From: an uncultured Chloroflexia bacterium
Lineage (GTDB): Bacteria > Chloroflexota > Limnocylindria > Limnocylindrales > CSP1-4
Direction: 5' to 3'
Length of the DNA stretch: 64,000 nt
Assembly (NCBI GenBank): GCA_963833225.1
Contig: CAWHXD010000008.1
Coordinates: 640,001 to 704,000, forward strand
Shown here piece by piece: positions 49,988 through 60,050 of this stretch. Positions within the stretch are counted from its first letter, which is position 1. Each line of letters begins with the position of its first letter. The notes under the pieces were generated by a model. The model had not been told where the DNA came from and made no database searches. It saw only the letters and a program-made list of their open reading frames with translations. The position numbers and the translations under genes were made by a program.

Positions 49988-51328
49988 CTACTGGTCGTCC
50001 GGGTCCGACGCGTCCTCGCCCAGGCGCTCGCGCACGACGAGCACCTTGCCCACCCGCCGGCCGTCGGTGGTCTCCACGGTCAGCCGCAGGCCGTCGACCT
50101 GGATCTCGTCGCCGGGGCTCGGGACGCCGCCGATCCGGTGGTACACGAGTCCGCCCACGGTGTCGTACTCGTCCTCGTCCTCGAGCGGGCCTTTGATGTC
50201 CCAGATGTCAAGCAGGTCCTCGATCGACGCACGCCCGTCGACACGGGCCCGGTCGGGGTCGAGCTGCTCGACGAGCGGCTCCTCCACGTCGTACTCGTCC
50301 TGGATCTCGCCCACGATCTCCTCGAGCAGGTCCTCGATGGTCACCAGGCCCGCGGTGCCGCCGTACTCATCGAGCACGATCGCGATGTGGACCTTCCGCC
50401 GCTGGAACTCGTGGAGCAGGTCGTCGATCGACATCGACTCCGGGACGAAGACCGGCGTCCGGAGCAGATCCCGCAGGACGGGGCGGTGGGCCGTCGACTT
50501 GAGGAACGGCAGCAGGTCCTTCGCGTACAGGATGCCGACGACCTCGTCGACCGACGACTCGTACACCGGGACCCTGGAATGACCCTGGTCGATGATCGTG
50601 TCGATCGCCTCGTCGAACGTCGCCTCGGTCGGCAGGGCGACGATCGCGGTGCGCGGGACCATGACCTCGTGGAGGCGCCGGTCGCCAAGCTCGATGACCG
50701 CGTTGATCATCTGCTCCTCCTCGGCCTCGAGGATCCCCTGCTCGCCCCCGCGCTCCACGATCAGGCGCAGCTCCTCGGCCGTGATCTGGGCCTCGGAGCT
50801 GACCTCGGCGCCGAGCAGGCGCGAGCATCGTGTTGGTGGTGACCGTGAGGAACGCCACGAGCGGCCGGAAGATCCGGCCGAGCAGGTCCACGGGGCGCGC
50901 CAGCGCGAGCGCGAAGGCTTCCGGGTGCGCGAGGGCCAGGGACTTGGGCACGAGCTCGCCGAACACGATCGTGAACAGGGACAGCAGGATCGGTCACGGT
51001 GAACAGGCCGATGGCACCCGCAACGTCCCCGCGCCGATGCCCAGCCGACGCGAGGAGCTCGCGAGAGGCCAGCGGGCAGGCTCACGCCGGCGAACGCCGA
51101 CGCGAGGAACCCGATGAAGGTGATGGCCGAGCTGGATGACCGCGAGGAAGCGACCCGGATCGCGCGATGAGCCGCTGCACGCGGCTCGCGCCCGCGCCGG
51201 CCCTCGTCCACGAGCTGCTCCACGCGGCTGGGCCGGAGCGAGACCAGGGCGATCTCCGCGGCCACGAAGACCGCATCGAGCAGGATGAGCAGGATGATGA
51301 TCGTGAGCTCGAGGAGCGTGTCGCCCAT
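49988..51328 (-). CDS. HlyC/CorC (CNNM-CBS-CorC) family protein; several indels in 50800-51200
   Basis: FVAAEIALVS, FGELVPKS (other frame), EVMVPR, HSRVPVY, DEYGGTAGLVTIEDLLEEIVGEIQDEYD. Confidence 0.88.
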   Translation of the reverse strand: MGDTLLELTIIILLILLDAVFVAAEIALVSLRPSRVEQLVDEGRRGREPRAAAHRAIRVASSRSSSSAITFIGFLASAFAGVSLPAGLSRAPRVGWASARGRCGCHRPVHRDRSCCPCSRSCSASSCPSPWPSRTRKPSRSRWRAPWTCSAGSSGRSWRSSRSPPTRCSRLLGAEVSSEAQITAEELRLIVERGGEQGILEAEEEQMINAVIELGDRRLHEVMVPRTAIVALPTEATFDEAIDTIIDQGHSRVPVYESSVDEVVGILYAKDLLPFLKSTAHRPVLRDLLRTPVFVPESMSIDDLLHEFQRRKVHIAIVLDEYGGTAGLVTIEDLLEEIVGEIQDEYDVEEPLVEQLDPDRARVDGRASIEDLLDIWDIKGPLEDEDEYDTVGGLVYHRIGGVPSPGDEIQVDGLRLTVETTDGRRVGKVLVVRERLGEDASDPDDQ

Positions 51329-52773
51329 CAGGTCGCGGGCTCCCCGGGCGTGGGTTCTGGCGGCGCCGGCGGCAGGCCATCCCCGTCGGGCGGCTCGACC
51401 GGCCTGGGTTCGCGGATCCGGGCGGGGATCCCGACCGCGAGCTTGCCGGGCGGGACGTCCCTGGTCACCACGGCACCGGCGCCCGTCCTTGAGCCGTCGC
51501 CCAGCGTGACCGGCGCGCGAAGCATCGTGTCGACGCCGAGGAACACCCCGTCGCCGATCGTGGTGCGGTGCTTGCTCACGCCGTCGTAGTTGGCCGTGAT
51601 CGTGCCCGCGCCGACGTTCGTGTCGGCGCCCACGTCGGCGTCGCCGAGATAGGAGCTGTGGTGCTGGCGGACGTGCTCGGCCAGCCGGCTGTTCTTGATC
51701 TCGGCGTAGTTGCCGATCTCGCTGCGCCGGCCGACGTGGGCGCCGGGGCGCAGGTGGCTGAACGGCCCGATCCTGACGTGGTCCTCCACCGTCGAGCGCT
51801 CGATCACGCTGGCCCAGACCACGCAGTCCGGGCCGATCACGCTGTCGATGATCTGCGAGCCCGAGGCGATCCGCGTCCGCTCACCGATGCGGGTGGCGCC
51901 CCTGAGCGCGACGTTGGGCTCGAGGACCACGTCCTCGGCGAGCTCCACGCCGTGATCGAGGTACACCGTGGAGGGATCCGCCATGGTCACGCCCGCCCGC
52001 ATCCAGCGGTCGTTCATCTCGACCCGCATGTCCCACTCGGCACGCGCCAGCTGGGCGCGGTCGTTGATCCCCGTCAGGCGCCCGTCGTCGTCCACGTCGA
52101 GCGCCGCCACGAGCCGCCCGTCCTCGCGGGCAAAGCGCACGAGATCCGTGAGATAGAGCTCCCCGGTCACCGGCGATGGCCGCAGGTCCCCGATCCGCCT
52201 CCGCAGCCAGGCCGCCTCGATCGCGTACAGGCCCGCGTTGATCTCGGTCGTGCCGCGCTCGTCGTCGGTCGCGTCCTTCTCCTCGACCACCCGCTCCACG
52301 GTGCCGCCTTCGTTGCGCACGACGCGCCCGAGGCCCGATGGATCGATCGCGTCCACGCTGACGAGCGAGATCGCGGCGGCGTCCATGCGCCGGGCCTCAA
52401 GAAGCGCGACCAGCAGCTCGGCGCCAACCAGCGGCACGTCGCCCGACACGACCAGCACGTCCTCGACGTCCGCGTCGAGGACCTCGAGAGCGGCCCGGAG
52501 CGCATCGCCGGTCCCGCGCGGGACCTCCTGGAGGGCGACGTCGGCACGCTCCGCCACGGCGTCCCGGACCGCCTCGGTGGCCGGCGAGTGGACGACGAGC
52601 GGCCGGGTCCCGGTGGCCGCGACGGCGGCGTCGAGCACATAGTCGATCATCGGCCGGCCGCACAGCGCGTGGAGGACCTTGGGGGTCGTGGACCGCATCC
52701 GCGTGCCGAGACCGGCCGCGAGCACCACCGCGACCGTCTGGCGCAAAGGAACGCCGGGACTTGAGGGGGTCAT
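51328..52773 (-). CDS. glmU: Bifunctional UDP-GlcNAc pyrophosphorylase/acetyltransferase
   Basis: LAAGLGTRMRS..PKVLH, GTGDA, EINAG, GELYLTD, GPFSHLRP, GAGTITANYDG. Confidence 0.95.
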   Translation of the reverse strand: MTPSSPGVPLRQTVAVVLAAGLGTRMRSTTPKVLHALCGRPMIDYVLDAAVAATGTRPLVVHSPATEAVRDAVAERADVALQEVPRGTGDALRAALEVLDADVEDVLVVSGDVPLVGAELLVALLEARRMDAAAISLVSVDAIDPSGLGRVVRNEGGTVERVVEEKDATDDERGTTEINAGLYAIEAAWLRRRIGDLRPSPVTGELYLTDLVRFAREDGRLVAALDVDDDGRLTGINDRAQLARAEWDMRVEMNDRWMRAGVTMADPSTVYLDHGVELAEDVVLEPNVALRGATRIGERTRIASGSQIIDSVIGPDCVVWASVIERSTVEDHVRIGPFSHLRPGAHVGRRSEIGNYAEIKNSRLAEHVRQHHSSYLGDADVGADTNVGAGTITANYDGVSKHRTTIGDGVFLGVDTMLRAPVTLGDGSRTGAGAVVTRDVPPGKLAVGIPARIREPRPVEPPDGDGLPPAPPEPTPGEPAT

Positions 52774-52936
52774 GGGTTCGGGCGCCGCGGCGTTCGCCAA
52801 CGGACGGCCGCCGATTGGTCGGCGGCGGCGTCGCCCGGGATGGTGTGCGATGTCGTCATGTGAGGCCGCCCGATTCTGGGGTGGGTGCGCGGGGGTGTCA
52901 ACCGCGCCCGCCGTGGCCGGTCGCCGGAGCGCACGC

Positions 52937-53320
52937 TCAGCGCTCGCGACGCGCGATCGCCTCGATCTCGACCCGGCCGCCCTTGGGCAGCGCCGCGACC
53001 TGGACGGTCGACCGGGCGGGAGGCGGATCCGGCATGAACCGGGCGTACACGGCGTTGACCACCGCGAAGTCCGCCATGTCGGCCAGGAAGATCGTGGTCT
53101 TGACGACGTCGGCCCAGGCGAGGCCGGCGGCATCGAGCACCGCGGCCAGGTTCCGGAGCGAGCGCTCCGCCTGGGCCTCCACGCCATCCACGAGCTCGCC
53201 GGTCGCGGGATCCAGCCCGAGCTGGCCACTGCAGAACAGCAGCCCGTCGATGGCGATGGCCTGGCTGTAGGGGCCGATGGCGGCCGGGGCGCCGGCCGTC
53301 GAGACGGTGAGGCGGGTCAT
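52937..53320 (-). CDS. RidA-family imine deaminase
   Basis: APAAIGPYSQA, SGQL, VVKTTIFL, PARSTVQVAALPKGGRVEIE. Confidence 0.92.
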   Translation of the reverse strand: MTRLTVSTAGAPAAIGPYSQAIAIDGLLFCSGQLGLDPATGELVDGVEAQAERSLRNLAAVLDAAGLAWADVVKTTIFLADMADFAVVNAVYARFMPDPPPARSTVQVAALPKGGRVEIEAIARRER

Positions 53321-54375
53321 GGCTCCCTCCCTGGGTGAGGCGTCGAGGCGGTGGTGGCGGGGGCGGGCTGGAACGCGAGGATCCGGGCGGCGGTCACGGA
53401 CGGCTCGTGCTGACCCGGCGCCGGCAGGTCGCCCGCGGCGATCGCCGCGCGGACGGCGTCGGCAGCCACCGTCGCCTCCGCATGGGAAGGATAGAGCGCC
53501 CAGTGGGTTGGCCCGGAGCCGCTCACCCCAACCGGCCGTCCGAGCAGCCGCAGCAGCGCCCGCTTGAACGGCACCAGCCCGGGCTCCACGATCATGGCCG
53601 CGGGCGCCAGGTCGTTGGCGGCGGCGAGCACCGAGGCGCGGGCGAGCAGGTCCACGACCCGCAGCTGACCGCGCCGGAGCTCGTCCGCGAGGTGTTGCGA
53701 GGCCAGCCGGGCGGCACCGCCGGCGACCCGGGCGCCCTCGTCCCAGGCCCGGAACGCAGCCGGCGTGGAGATGCCGCAGGACGGCGTGACGACCAGGAGG
53801 CCCGGCCGCGCGTGCGAGGCGTCCGCGTCCCGGAGCCAGGGCAACGGCGAGAGGCGCTCTCCGCGACCCTCGACAAGCGCCGCTCCCCCGGCGAGGAAGA
53901 ACGGGACGTCGGAGCCCAGCTCCGCCGCGAGCGCCCGGCGGGCGCCGGGGTCCAGCGTGACACCCCAGGCGTCGAGCGCCGCGTCGACGGCCGCGGCCGC
54001 ATCGGACGAGCCCCCCGCCAGTCCCGCGGCGATCGGGATCCGCTTCTCGAGGCGGGCGGCCAGGGCCGGCGGCGGCTCGGAGCGCCCCCACGCCGGGTGG
54101 GCCGCCCGGCGAGTCGCGCGGATCGCGCGCAGTACCAGGTTGTCGGCGGCGTCGATGCCCGGGTCGAAGCCGGTGACGTGGAGGCTGTCCTCGCGGCCCG
54201 GTGGCAGGACGGCCACGGAGAGGCGGTCCGCGAGGTCCAGCGGGACCATCACGGAGTGGAGCTCGTGGAAGCCGTCGGGGCGCGTGCCGAGCACGGCGAG
54301 CGTCAGGTTGACCTTGGCCGGCGCAAGCCGGACCACGGGCTCGAGACGGCGGGCTGGGTCGAACGAGGCCGTCAT
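53317..54375 (-). CDS. ispE: CDP-ME kinase
   Basis: APAKVNLTL, DGFHEL, KRIPIAAGLAGGSSDAAA, LGSDVPFF, SGSGPT. Confidence 0.92.
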   Translation of the reverse strand: MTASFDPARRLEPVVRLAPAKVNLTLAVLGTRPDGFHELHSVMVPLDLADRLSVAVLPPGREDSLHVTGFDPGIDAADNLVLRAIRATRRAAHPAWGRSEPPPALAARLEKRIPIAAGLAGGSSDAAAAVDAALDAWGVTLDPGARRALAAELGSDVPFFLAGGAALVEGRGERLSPLPWLRDADASHARPGLLVVTPSCGISTPAAFRAWDEGARVAGGAARLASQHLADELRRGQLRVVDLLARASVLAAANDLAPAAMIVEPGLVPFKRALLRLLGRPVGVSGSGPTHWALYPSHAEATVAADAVRAAIAAGDLPAPGQHEPSVTAARILAFQPAPATTASTPHPGREP

Positions 54376-54383
54376 CGCGCGGC

Positions 54384-55262
54384 TCAGCGGGCTTCCGGGA
54401 TCTCGCCGAGGGCCTCCACGAGGGCCAGCCACTCCCCCACCGCGAGGGTCTGCGGGCGGCGATCGCGGGCGATCCCGGTGGCCTCGAGGGCCGCGTCAAC
54501 CCGCTCGGGCGGGATGGGCAGCTGGCGGGTGAGCACGTTGTGGAGCATCTTGCGCCGCTCGCGAAATCCCGCCTGGACCACCCGCCACAGGCCGTCCTCC
54601 GCCTCGGCGTCGAGGCGGTCGTCGGCGTCGAACGGCTCCAGCACCAGGATCGCGGATTCCACCTTGGGCGCGGGCTCGAAGGCTTCCCTGGGCACCCGGA
54701 ACGCGACCCGCGCCCGGGCGTGGTACTGGCAGAACACCGAGAGGTAGCTCATCTCGCCGGGCGGGGCCGCGACCCGCTCCGCGACCTCGCGCTGGACCAT
54801 CAGCACCAGGCGCTCCGGGCGGGGGGCCTTGCCCAGCAGCCGGTGGAGGATGGGGCTGGTGATGTGATACGGGATGTTGGCGACCACGTCGTACGGCTCC
54901 GGCACCAGCCGGACCAGGTCCTGGTCGAGCGCGTCACCCTCCACGACCCGCAGGGCGCCGGTGTCGAGCTCGTCGGCGAAGGTCTCGCGCAGCAGCGCCA
55001 CCAGGCCCCGGTCGAGCTCCACGGCCGTCACCTGCGCACCGGCCGCCAGCAGGCCGCCGGTCAGGAACCCCAGCCCGGGCCCGATCTCCAGGACACCGCG
55101 CCCCGGTACGGGATTCGCCTCGCGCAGGATGCCCTCGAGGACGTCCACGTCGGCCAGGAAGTTCTGCGACAGGTTGTGACGCGGACGGAGGCCGGCCTCG
55201 CGCAGCCGCCGCTGGACGAAGCGTGGATCGAGGCGGAGATCGGCCGGGCGGGATCCGTTCAT
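54384..55262 (-). CDS. rsmA: 16S rRNA m6(2)A dimethyltransferase
   Basis: SQNFL, EIGPGLG, VELDR, VANIPYHITSP, MVQREVAER. Confidence 0.95.
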   Translation of the reverse strand: MNGSRPADLRLDPRFVQRRLREAGLRPRHNLSQNFLADVDVLEGILREANPVPGRGVLEIGPGLGFLTGGLLAAGAQVTAVELDRGLVALLRETFADELDTGALRVVEGDALDQDLVRLVPEPYDVVANIPYHITSPILHRLLGKAPRPERLVLMVQREVAERVAAPPGEMSYLSVFCQYHARARVAFRVPREAFEPAPKVESAILVLEPFDADDRLDAEAEDGLWRVVQAGFRERRKMLHNVLTRQLPIPPERVDAALEATGIARDRRPQTLAVGEWLALVEALGEIPEAR

Positions 55263-56326
55263 CGGGCCAGCGGCAGCGAGGGACGCGCGTCGAGGTCCAG
55301 CCCCGCCCGCACGCCGGCGGCCAGCCGCCGGGCTCCCGCCGCCCCGATCATGGCGCCGTTGTCGGTGCACAGGCCGGGCCGCGGAATGACCAGCGCCATC
55401 CCGCGCGCCTCCGCCTCGGCCGTGATCCGCCCCCGGAGCGCGGTGTTCGCCGCCACCCCGCCGCCCATGACGATCCCCCGGGCGCCCGCCTCCTCGGCAG
55501 CTCGGATCGTCTTGGTCGCGAGCACGTCCACCACGGAATCCTGGAAGCCCCAGGCGAGCTCCGCGATCACGCCGTCCGGCAGCGACCCGCCCTCGCGGGC
55601 ATCGGCCGGCAGGCCCGCATCGGTCCGCGCCTGGCCCACGGCGCGCCGCGCCGCCGTCTTGAGGCCCGAGAACGACAGGTCGTACGAGTCACCCATCCAG
55701 GCCCGCGGGAAGACGTGATCGCGGGTGGTGGCGCCCTCGGCCGCCCGGGAGATCTCCGGACCACCGGGGTAGCCCAGGCCGAGCAACCGGCCCACCTTGT
55801 CGAACGCCTCGCCGGCCGCATCGTCCACGGTCGTCCCGAGCAGGCGATAGGCCAGGTGGTCGGGCATCTCCACGATGAAGGAGTGACCGCCCGAGACGAC
55901 CAGGGCGACCAGCGGGAACGGCGGCTCCTCGCGCTCGGCCTCCCCCGGGTCCAGCAGCCAGCCGGCGTAGACATGCCCCTCCAGGTGGTTCACCGGGACC
56001 AGCGGCAGGCCGTGCGCCCACGCGAGCGTCTTGGCGAAGTTGATGCCGACCAGCAGCGACCCCGCCAGCCCCGGGCCGTAGGTGACCGCCACCGCGTCCA
56101 CGTCGGCCATCGTGACGCCGGCGGTCGCGAGCGCCTCGTCCAGCACCGGCACGATCCAGCGAAGGTGGGCGCGGGCCGCCACCTCGGGCACGATGCCCCC
56201 CGTGGGCGCATGCAGCGCGACCTGGCTCGCGACGACGTTGGCGTGGATCCGGCGTCCGCCCTCCACGAGGGCGATCCCCGTCTCGTCGCACGAGCTCTCG
56301 ATCGCGAGCAGCAGGGGTCCGCTCAT
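55259..56326 (-). CDS. tsaD: tRNA threonylcarbamoyltransferase TsaD
   Basis: IESSCDET, GGIVPEVAARAH, NHLEGH, VSGGH, DDAAGEAFDK, CTDNGAMI. Confidence 0.95.
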   Translation of the reverse strand: MSGPLLLAIESSCDETGIALVEGGRRIHANVVASQVALHAPTGGIVPEVAARAHLRWIVPVLDEALATAGVTMADVDAVAVTYGPGLAGSLLVGINFAKTLAWAHGLPLVPVNHLEGHVYAGWLLDPGEAEREEPPFPLVALVVSGGHSFIVEMPDHLAYRLLGTTVDDAAGEAFDKVGRLLGLGYPGGPEISRAAEGATTRDHVFPRAWMGDSYDLSFSGLKTAARRAVGQARTDAGLPADAREGGSLPDGVIAELAWGFQDSVVDVLATKTIRAAEEAGARGIVMGGGVAANTALRGRITAEAEARGMALVIPRPGLCTDNGAMIGAAGARRLAAGVRAGLDLDARPSLPLAR

Positions 56327-56905
56327 GCCCAGGTCCCCGCCCCGTCGGCCGGCGCATCCACGTCGTCGGGCACGGCATCGGGCGCCGGGGCCGGCATCGA
56401 GCTCGGCGCGGAGGGCAGCGATCCGTGACCGCATCCGCTCCTCGGCGAGCGGCTCGGTGGTCATGATCAGTGCGTCCTCTCCGTTGTCGCTGTAGTAGCG
56501 CGGCCGGATGCCAACGGGACGGAAGCCGTACTTCTCGTACAGCCGCCTGGCGGCCAGGTTGGACAGCCGGACCTCGAGGGTCGCCTCGCGGGCATGGCGG
56601 TCGAGCGCGAGGTCCATCAGCGAGAGCAGCAGGCGCTCCCCGATCCGGCGGCGCCGGTACCGCGGGTGGACCGCGAAGGTGGTGACATGCGCCTCGTCGA
56701 CCATCAGCCAGATCCCGCCATAGGCCACGATCTCGCCGTCGATCGTCCCGACGAGGTACATCGCGAGCCGGTTGGCCTCCAGCTCCTGGCGATAGGCGTG
56801 GGCGGGCCAGGGCGTGGTGAACGATGCCCGCTCGATGAGCTGGACGGCCGGCAGGTCGGCCACCGTCATCGGGCGGATCTGGAGGACCGGAACCCGGATG
56901 CTCAC
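56323..56905 (-). CDS. rimI: Ribosomal protein alanine N-acetyltransferase RimI; appears fused to tsaD, probably through an indel
   Basis: IERASF..PW, EAHVTTFAVHP, LEVRLSN..LYEKYGF..RPRYYSDNGEDALIM. Confidence 0.9.
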
Positions 56906-57585
56906 CCGGCGCCTCCGGTCAGCTCGACGGCGTCGTCACCGGGCGCGTCACGCACGCCCCGCGGCAGGGTGACGTACTCGGGGACCAGGCGGGCGAGGTC
57001 GTCGGCGTCGCCCGCGGCGAGACGGGCCGCCCCCGCGGCGAGGAGCGCCCCGGCCAGGTCGGCGCGGGCGGCGTCCCCGCGGGCCTGCGCATCTTCTGGG
57101 GCCCGTCCGGCGAGGTCCACCGCGACCAGGCGCTCGCCCGGGCGCAGCTCTGGCTCGGTACCGCCGGGCAGGATCACCGGTGTCGCCCCAGGGCGCGACA
57201 GGACGCGGTCGGAGGGGCCGGCGGGCTGGAGCAGCGCGGCTGGCGTCCCGAGCGCGTCACCGGCGCTCGCGAGGAGCGCGCTGGACGTGGCCACGCCCGC
57301 GATCGGGAGCCGGAGCGCGTGGGCGAGGCCCTTCGCGGTGGCGAGACCGACACGGAGCCCGGTGAAGGCGCCAGGACCGGTCCCCACGACCAGCCCGCCC
57401 AGGTCCGACGGGGCCACGCCTCGGTCGCGCAGCAGGGCCTCGATGCGCGTCAGCAGCTCCTCGCCGTGCCGGTAGCCCGCGGTCCAGTCCCGCGCCTCGA
57501 CGACCGTCCCGTCGGGGGCGCCGAGCGCGATCACCGCCCGGGTGGTGGCGGTGTCGATCACGAGGATCGGGCCGTCGGCCGTCAT
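56902..57585 (-). CDS. tsaB: TsaB
   Basis: LVIDTAT, GTGPGAFTGLRVGLATAKGLA, LVPEY. Confidence 0.9.
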   Translation of the reverse strand: MTADGPILVIDTATTRAVIALGAPDGTVVEARDWTAGYRHGEELLTRIEALLRDRGVAPSDLGGLVVGTGPGAFTGLRVGLATAKGLAHALRLPIAGVATSSALLASAGDALGTPAALLQPAGPSDRVLSRPGATPVILPGGTEPELRPGERLVAVDLAGRAPEDAQARGDAARADLAGALLAAGAARLAAGDADDLARLVPEYVTLPRGVRDAPGDDAVELTGGAG

Positions 57586-58055
57586 GCGGCGGCCTCCAGG
57601 TAGCGCGCGTAGGCCGGGTCCCCGGAGCGGAGGCGGAGGCGGCGCGGCTCGTCGCCCGTGCCGTCGATCATCACGTCGAGGCGGCTCGCGGGCAGCGCTC
57701 GCCCCAGTCGCTCGGCCCACTCCACCAGCACGACGCCCTCGAGCTGCCGCTCGTCGAGGAGGCCACCAGCGAGGGCATCGGCAGCATCCTCGATCCGGTA
57801 CAGGTCAAGGTGGAACATCGGCAGCCGGCCCAGGTACTCGGTCATCAGGACGAAGGTGGGCGAGCTGACGATGTCGTCGATCCCGAGGCCGACCGCAAAG
57901 CCCTTGGCGAACTGGGTCTTGCCCGCGCCGAGGTCGCCGACCAGGCACAGCAGGTCACCCGGCCGGGCGACGACGGCCAGGCGGGCGGCGAGCGATCGGG
58001 TCTGGGCGGGGTCGAGCGTCGTGACGACGCGCTCCGCCGGCGGGGGCGTGGACAC
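57582..58055 (-). CDS. tsaE: TsaE ATPase
   Basis: GDLGAGKT, VSSPTF, HLDLYR, LVEWAE. Confidence 0.93.
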   Translation of the reverse strand: MSTPPPAERVVTTLDPAQTRSLAARLAVVARPGDLLCLVGDLGAGKTQFAKGFAVGLGIDDIVSSPTFVLMTEYLGRLPMFHLDLYRIEDAADALAGGLLDERQLEGVVLVEWAERLGRALPASRLDVMIDGTGDEPRRLRLRSGDPAYARYLEAAA

Positions 58056-58303
58056 TGGGGCCGAGGGTAGCCGAAGCGGACGGGCGCCGCCGCCCGTCCT
58101 CTCCAGGGGGCCGCGCCGGTGCCCAGGGCAGTCAAGTCGCTGGTCGGCGACGGAGCTTCTGGTTGTGGGCTGTCGGACGCACCAACGGCACCTCCTGGCC
58201 CTGCGACAATCGCACCTTGACCAAGAGTCGCCGCCGGAACAGGATCCCGTCACACGACTAGCGTGCCGCCGCCGAGTGGGATCGAGCGGGCCGGGAGAGG
58301 ACG

Positions 58304-58732
58304 ATGCGTCAGGTCAGTCGGATCGGATGGGCGGGATTGGCGATCTTCGCAGCAGCTCTGGCGATCGGGCTGGTTGTTGCGGTCGGGTCAGCCATCGCCG
58401 CCGGCGACTGGGACCTCGCCCGGCAACCCTGGATCGGCATCGGGATGACGCTGATCGTCGTCGGACTGGCTGGCACGGCCGGCTTCGCGGTGTTGCTCGA
58501 CGTGATCGAGCCGATCGGCTGGTGGCGGCTTCTCGCCGTGCCGCCTGCGTTGCTGGTCGGGGGCTTCTGGGCGTTCGTGACGATCTTCGGACTGCCGACG
58601 TCGGGGGGTCCTGATTTCGACGTGGCGACCATCCTGTACACGCTGCCGGTGATGATGGGCGTGCTGGTGATTGCCACGGTCGCCCTGGCCGTGCCCGCCG
58701 CGGTCGGTCGCCGTGCCGCCGCTGGTCGCTGA
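58304..58732 (+). CDS. Four-TM hypothetical membrane protein
   Basis: Four hydrophobic segments; GGAGAGG upstream of ATG. Confidence 0.7.
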   Translation: MRQVSRIGWAGLAIFAAALAIGLVVAVGSAIAAGDWDLARQPWIGIGMTLIVVGLAGTAGFAVLLDVIEPIGWWRLLAVPPALLVGGFWAFVTIFGLPTSGGPDFDVATILYTLPVMMGVLVIATVALAVPAAVGRRAAAGR

Positions 58733-58836
58733 TCGCCACCCAGGCCCAGGGGTTTCGGGAATCGAATAGCCCGCGGGCCGGCCGGGTGCCCGCCGAGTCT
58801 GACGCGGTGTCGTGCGCGTGTGAGCCGTCAGCCGGT

Positions 58837-58971
58837 CAGCGACCCAACGGTCGGCCACGTACAACGATTGCGTCGTCCGGCGGCGCGATTGTTCCGTGGG
58901 TGGATCGCCCACCCGATGAATGTGACGCGCGGTGGCGCGGATGTCGCCTGGAACAGACCGTTGGGCCGCTG
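58837..58971. repeat. Hairpin element closed by 16-bp inverted repeats
   Basis: CAGCGACCCAACGGTC (58837-58852) and GACCGTTGGGCCGCTG (58956-58971), 15/16 complementary. Confidence 0.5.
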
Positions 58972-59042
58972 GCGGGACCGCTCGCCGGCACGCGCGAGAC
59001 CGCGGGCGGGCGCCGCCGACCGTGCGCTCCGGTCGCGCCGGC

Positions 59043-60050
59043 TCAGACGAGGCGCTCGAGATCGCCGACGGGGACGTCAACCGACGGCTGCCCCGGGATC
59101 GCGATCCGGGCGGCCTCGGTGACCACGTTGGCCGCGAACCGGCGCGCACCCAGCATCTCGATCACGCGACCCTCGAGCCCGGCGCTGGCCCCACTCCGGA
59201 TCCGGACCCAGTCGGCATCCGCGACCGGCAGGTCACCGGGGTCGGCGTCGAAGACGAGGGCGGGGGGGTCGACCAGCAGGGCGACATCGGCGCCCGCCAT
59301 GCGCTCGAGGATGACCGCCACGGGGCTGGCGATCGGCCGGCGGACCACGCCGTCGAGCACGAGCACACCGAACGGCGCCACGCTATGGAGCGACGCCCGC
59401 TGGCGTCGTTCCGACGCCTCGAAGTCCCGCAGCTCCTTGCCGGGCAGCGTCGCGACCACGATCCCCCGCGCGCCCATCGCCCGGGCCCGGGTCAGGGCCT
59501 CCGCATCGATGCGAGCGCCAACCACCAGGATCGCGCCGGCCCGGCCGACATCGATGCCACCCGCCCGCAGCTCACCGGACGGATCGGTCGCAAGCTCGAG
59601 ACGCCCCCGTGTCGCCGAACCCGCGGCAAACGCACCGCGCAGGGCCGGGCCGGCTGCCCGGACGCGGATCTCCCCACCGGGCTGGACGACGGTGACCACG
59701 CCCGGCATGGGCGAGTCGACGATGTCGCGGTGCTGGCCGGTGACCAGGCGCCATCGCTCCCGGCGTCCCGGCAGCCGGGCGAGCAGCTCGCCGTCGTGAT
59801 CGCGACGGCGACCGGGAACGGCGGTCCAGCGGGTGCCGGCCACGGGGTGTGCGTCGTCGGTCCCCGACCGGACGTCGATCTCCTCGATCCGCCGGTCGCG
59901 GAGGTGCTCGAGCAGCGGGTCACCGGCCTCGACCGAGGCGCCCGGGTCCACGAGCGACCGGTCTCCGGGCGGCAGCGCGAACCGGGCCTCGAGACCGTGA
60001 GCGAGGAGCGCCCGCGACGGGACCTCATCAAGCCAGTCGGACGGGGTCAC
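59043..60050 (-). CDS. Hypothetical protein coupled to the GlmL-like gene
   Basis: Long ORF with GTGA overlap; LTRARAMGARGIVV and C-terminal KOW-like WVRIRSG..GLEGRV. Confidence 0.7.
   Translation of the reverse strand: MTPSDWLDEVPSRALLAHGLEARFALPPGDRSLVDPGASVEAGDPLLEHLRDRRIEEIDVRSGTDDAHPVAGTRWTAVPGRRRDHDGELLARLPGRRERWRLVTGQHRDIVDSPMPGVVTVVQPGGEIRVRAAGPALRGAFAAGSATRGRLELATDPSGELRAGGIDVGRAGAILVVGARIDAEALTRARAMGARGIVVATLPGKELRDFEASERRQRASLHSVAPFGVLVLDGVVRRPIASPVAVILERMAGADVALLVDPPALVFDADPGDLPVADADWVRIRSGASAGLEGRVIEMLGARRFAANVVTEAARIAIPGQPSVDVPVGDLERLV

Noticed and set aside
55259-56905. Apparent RimI-TsaD fusion (548-aa ORF)
   Set aside because: An alternative frame near 56390 gives a natural RimI tail (APAPDAVPDDVDAPADGAGTWA) ending in an ATGA overlap with the tsaD start. 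A single indel explains the fusion.
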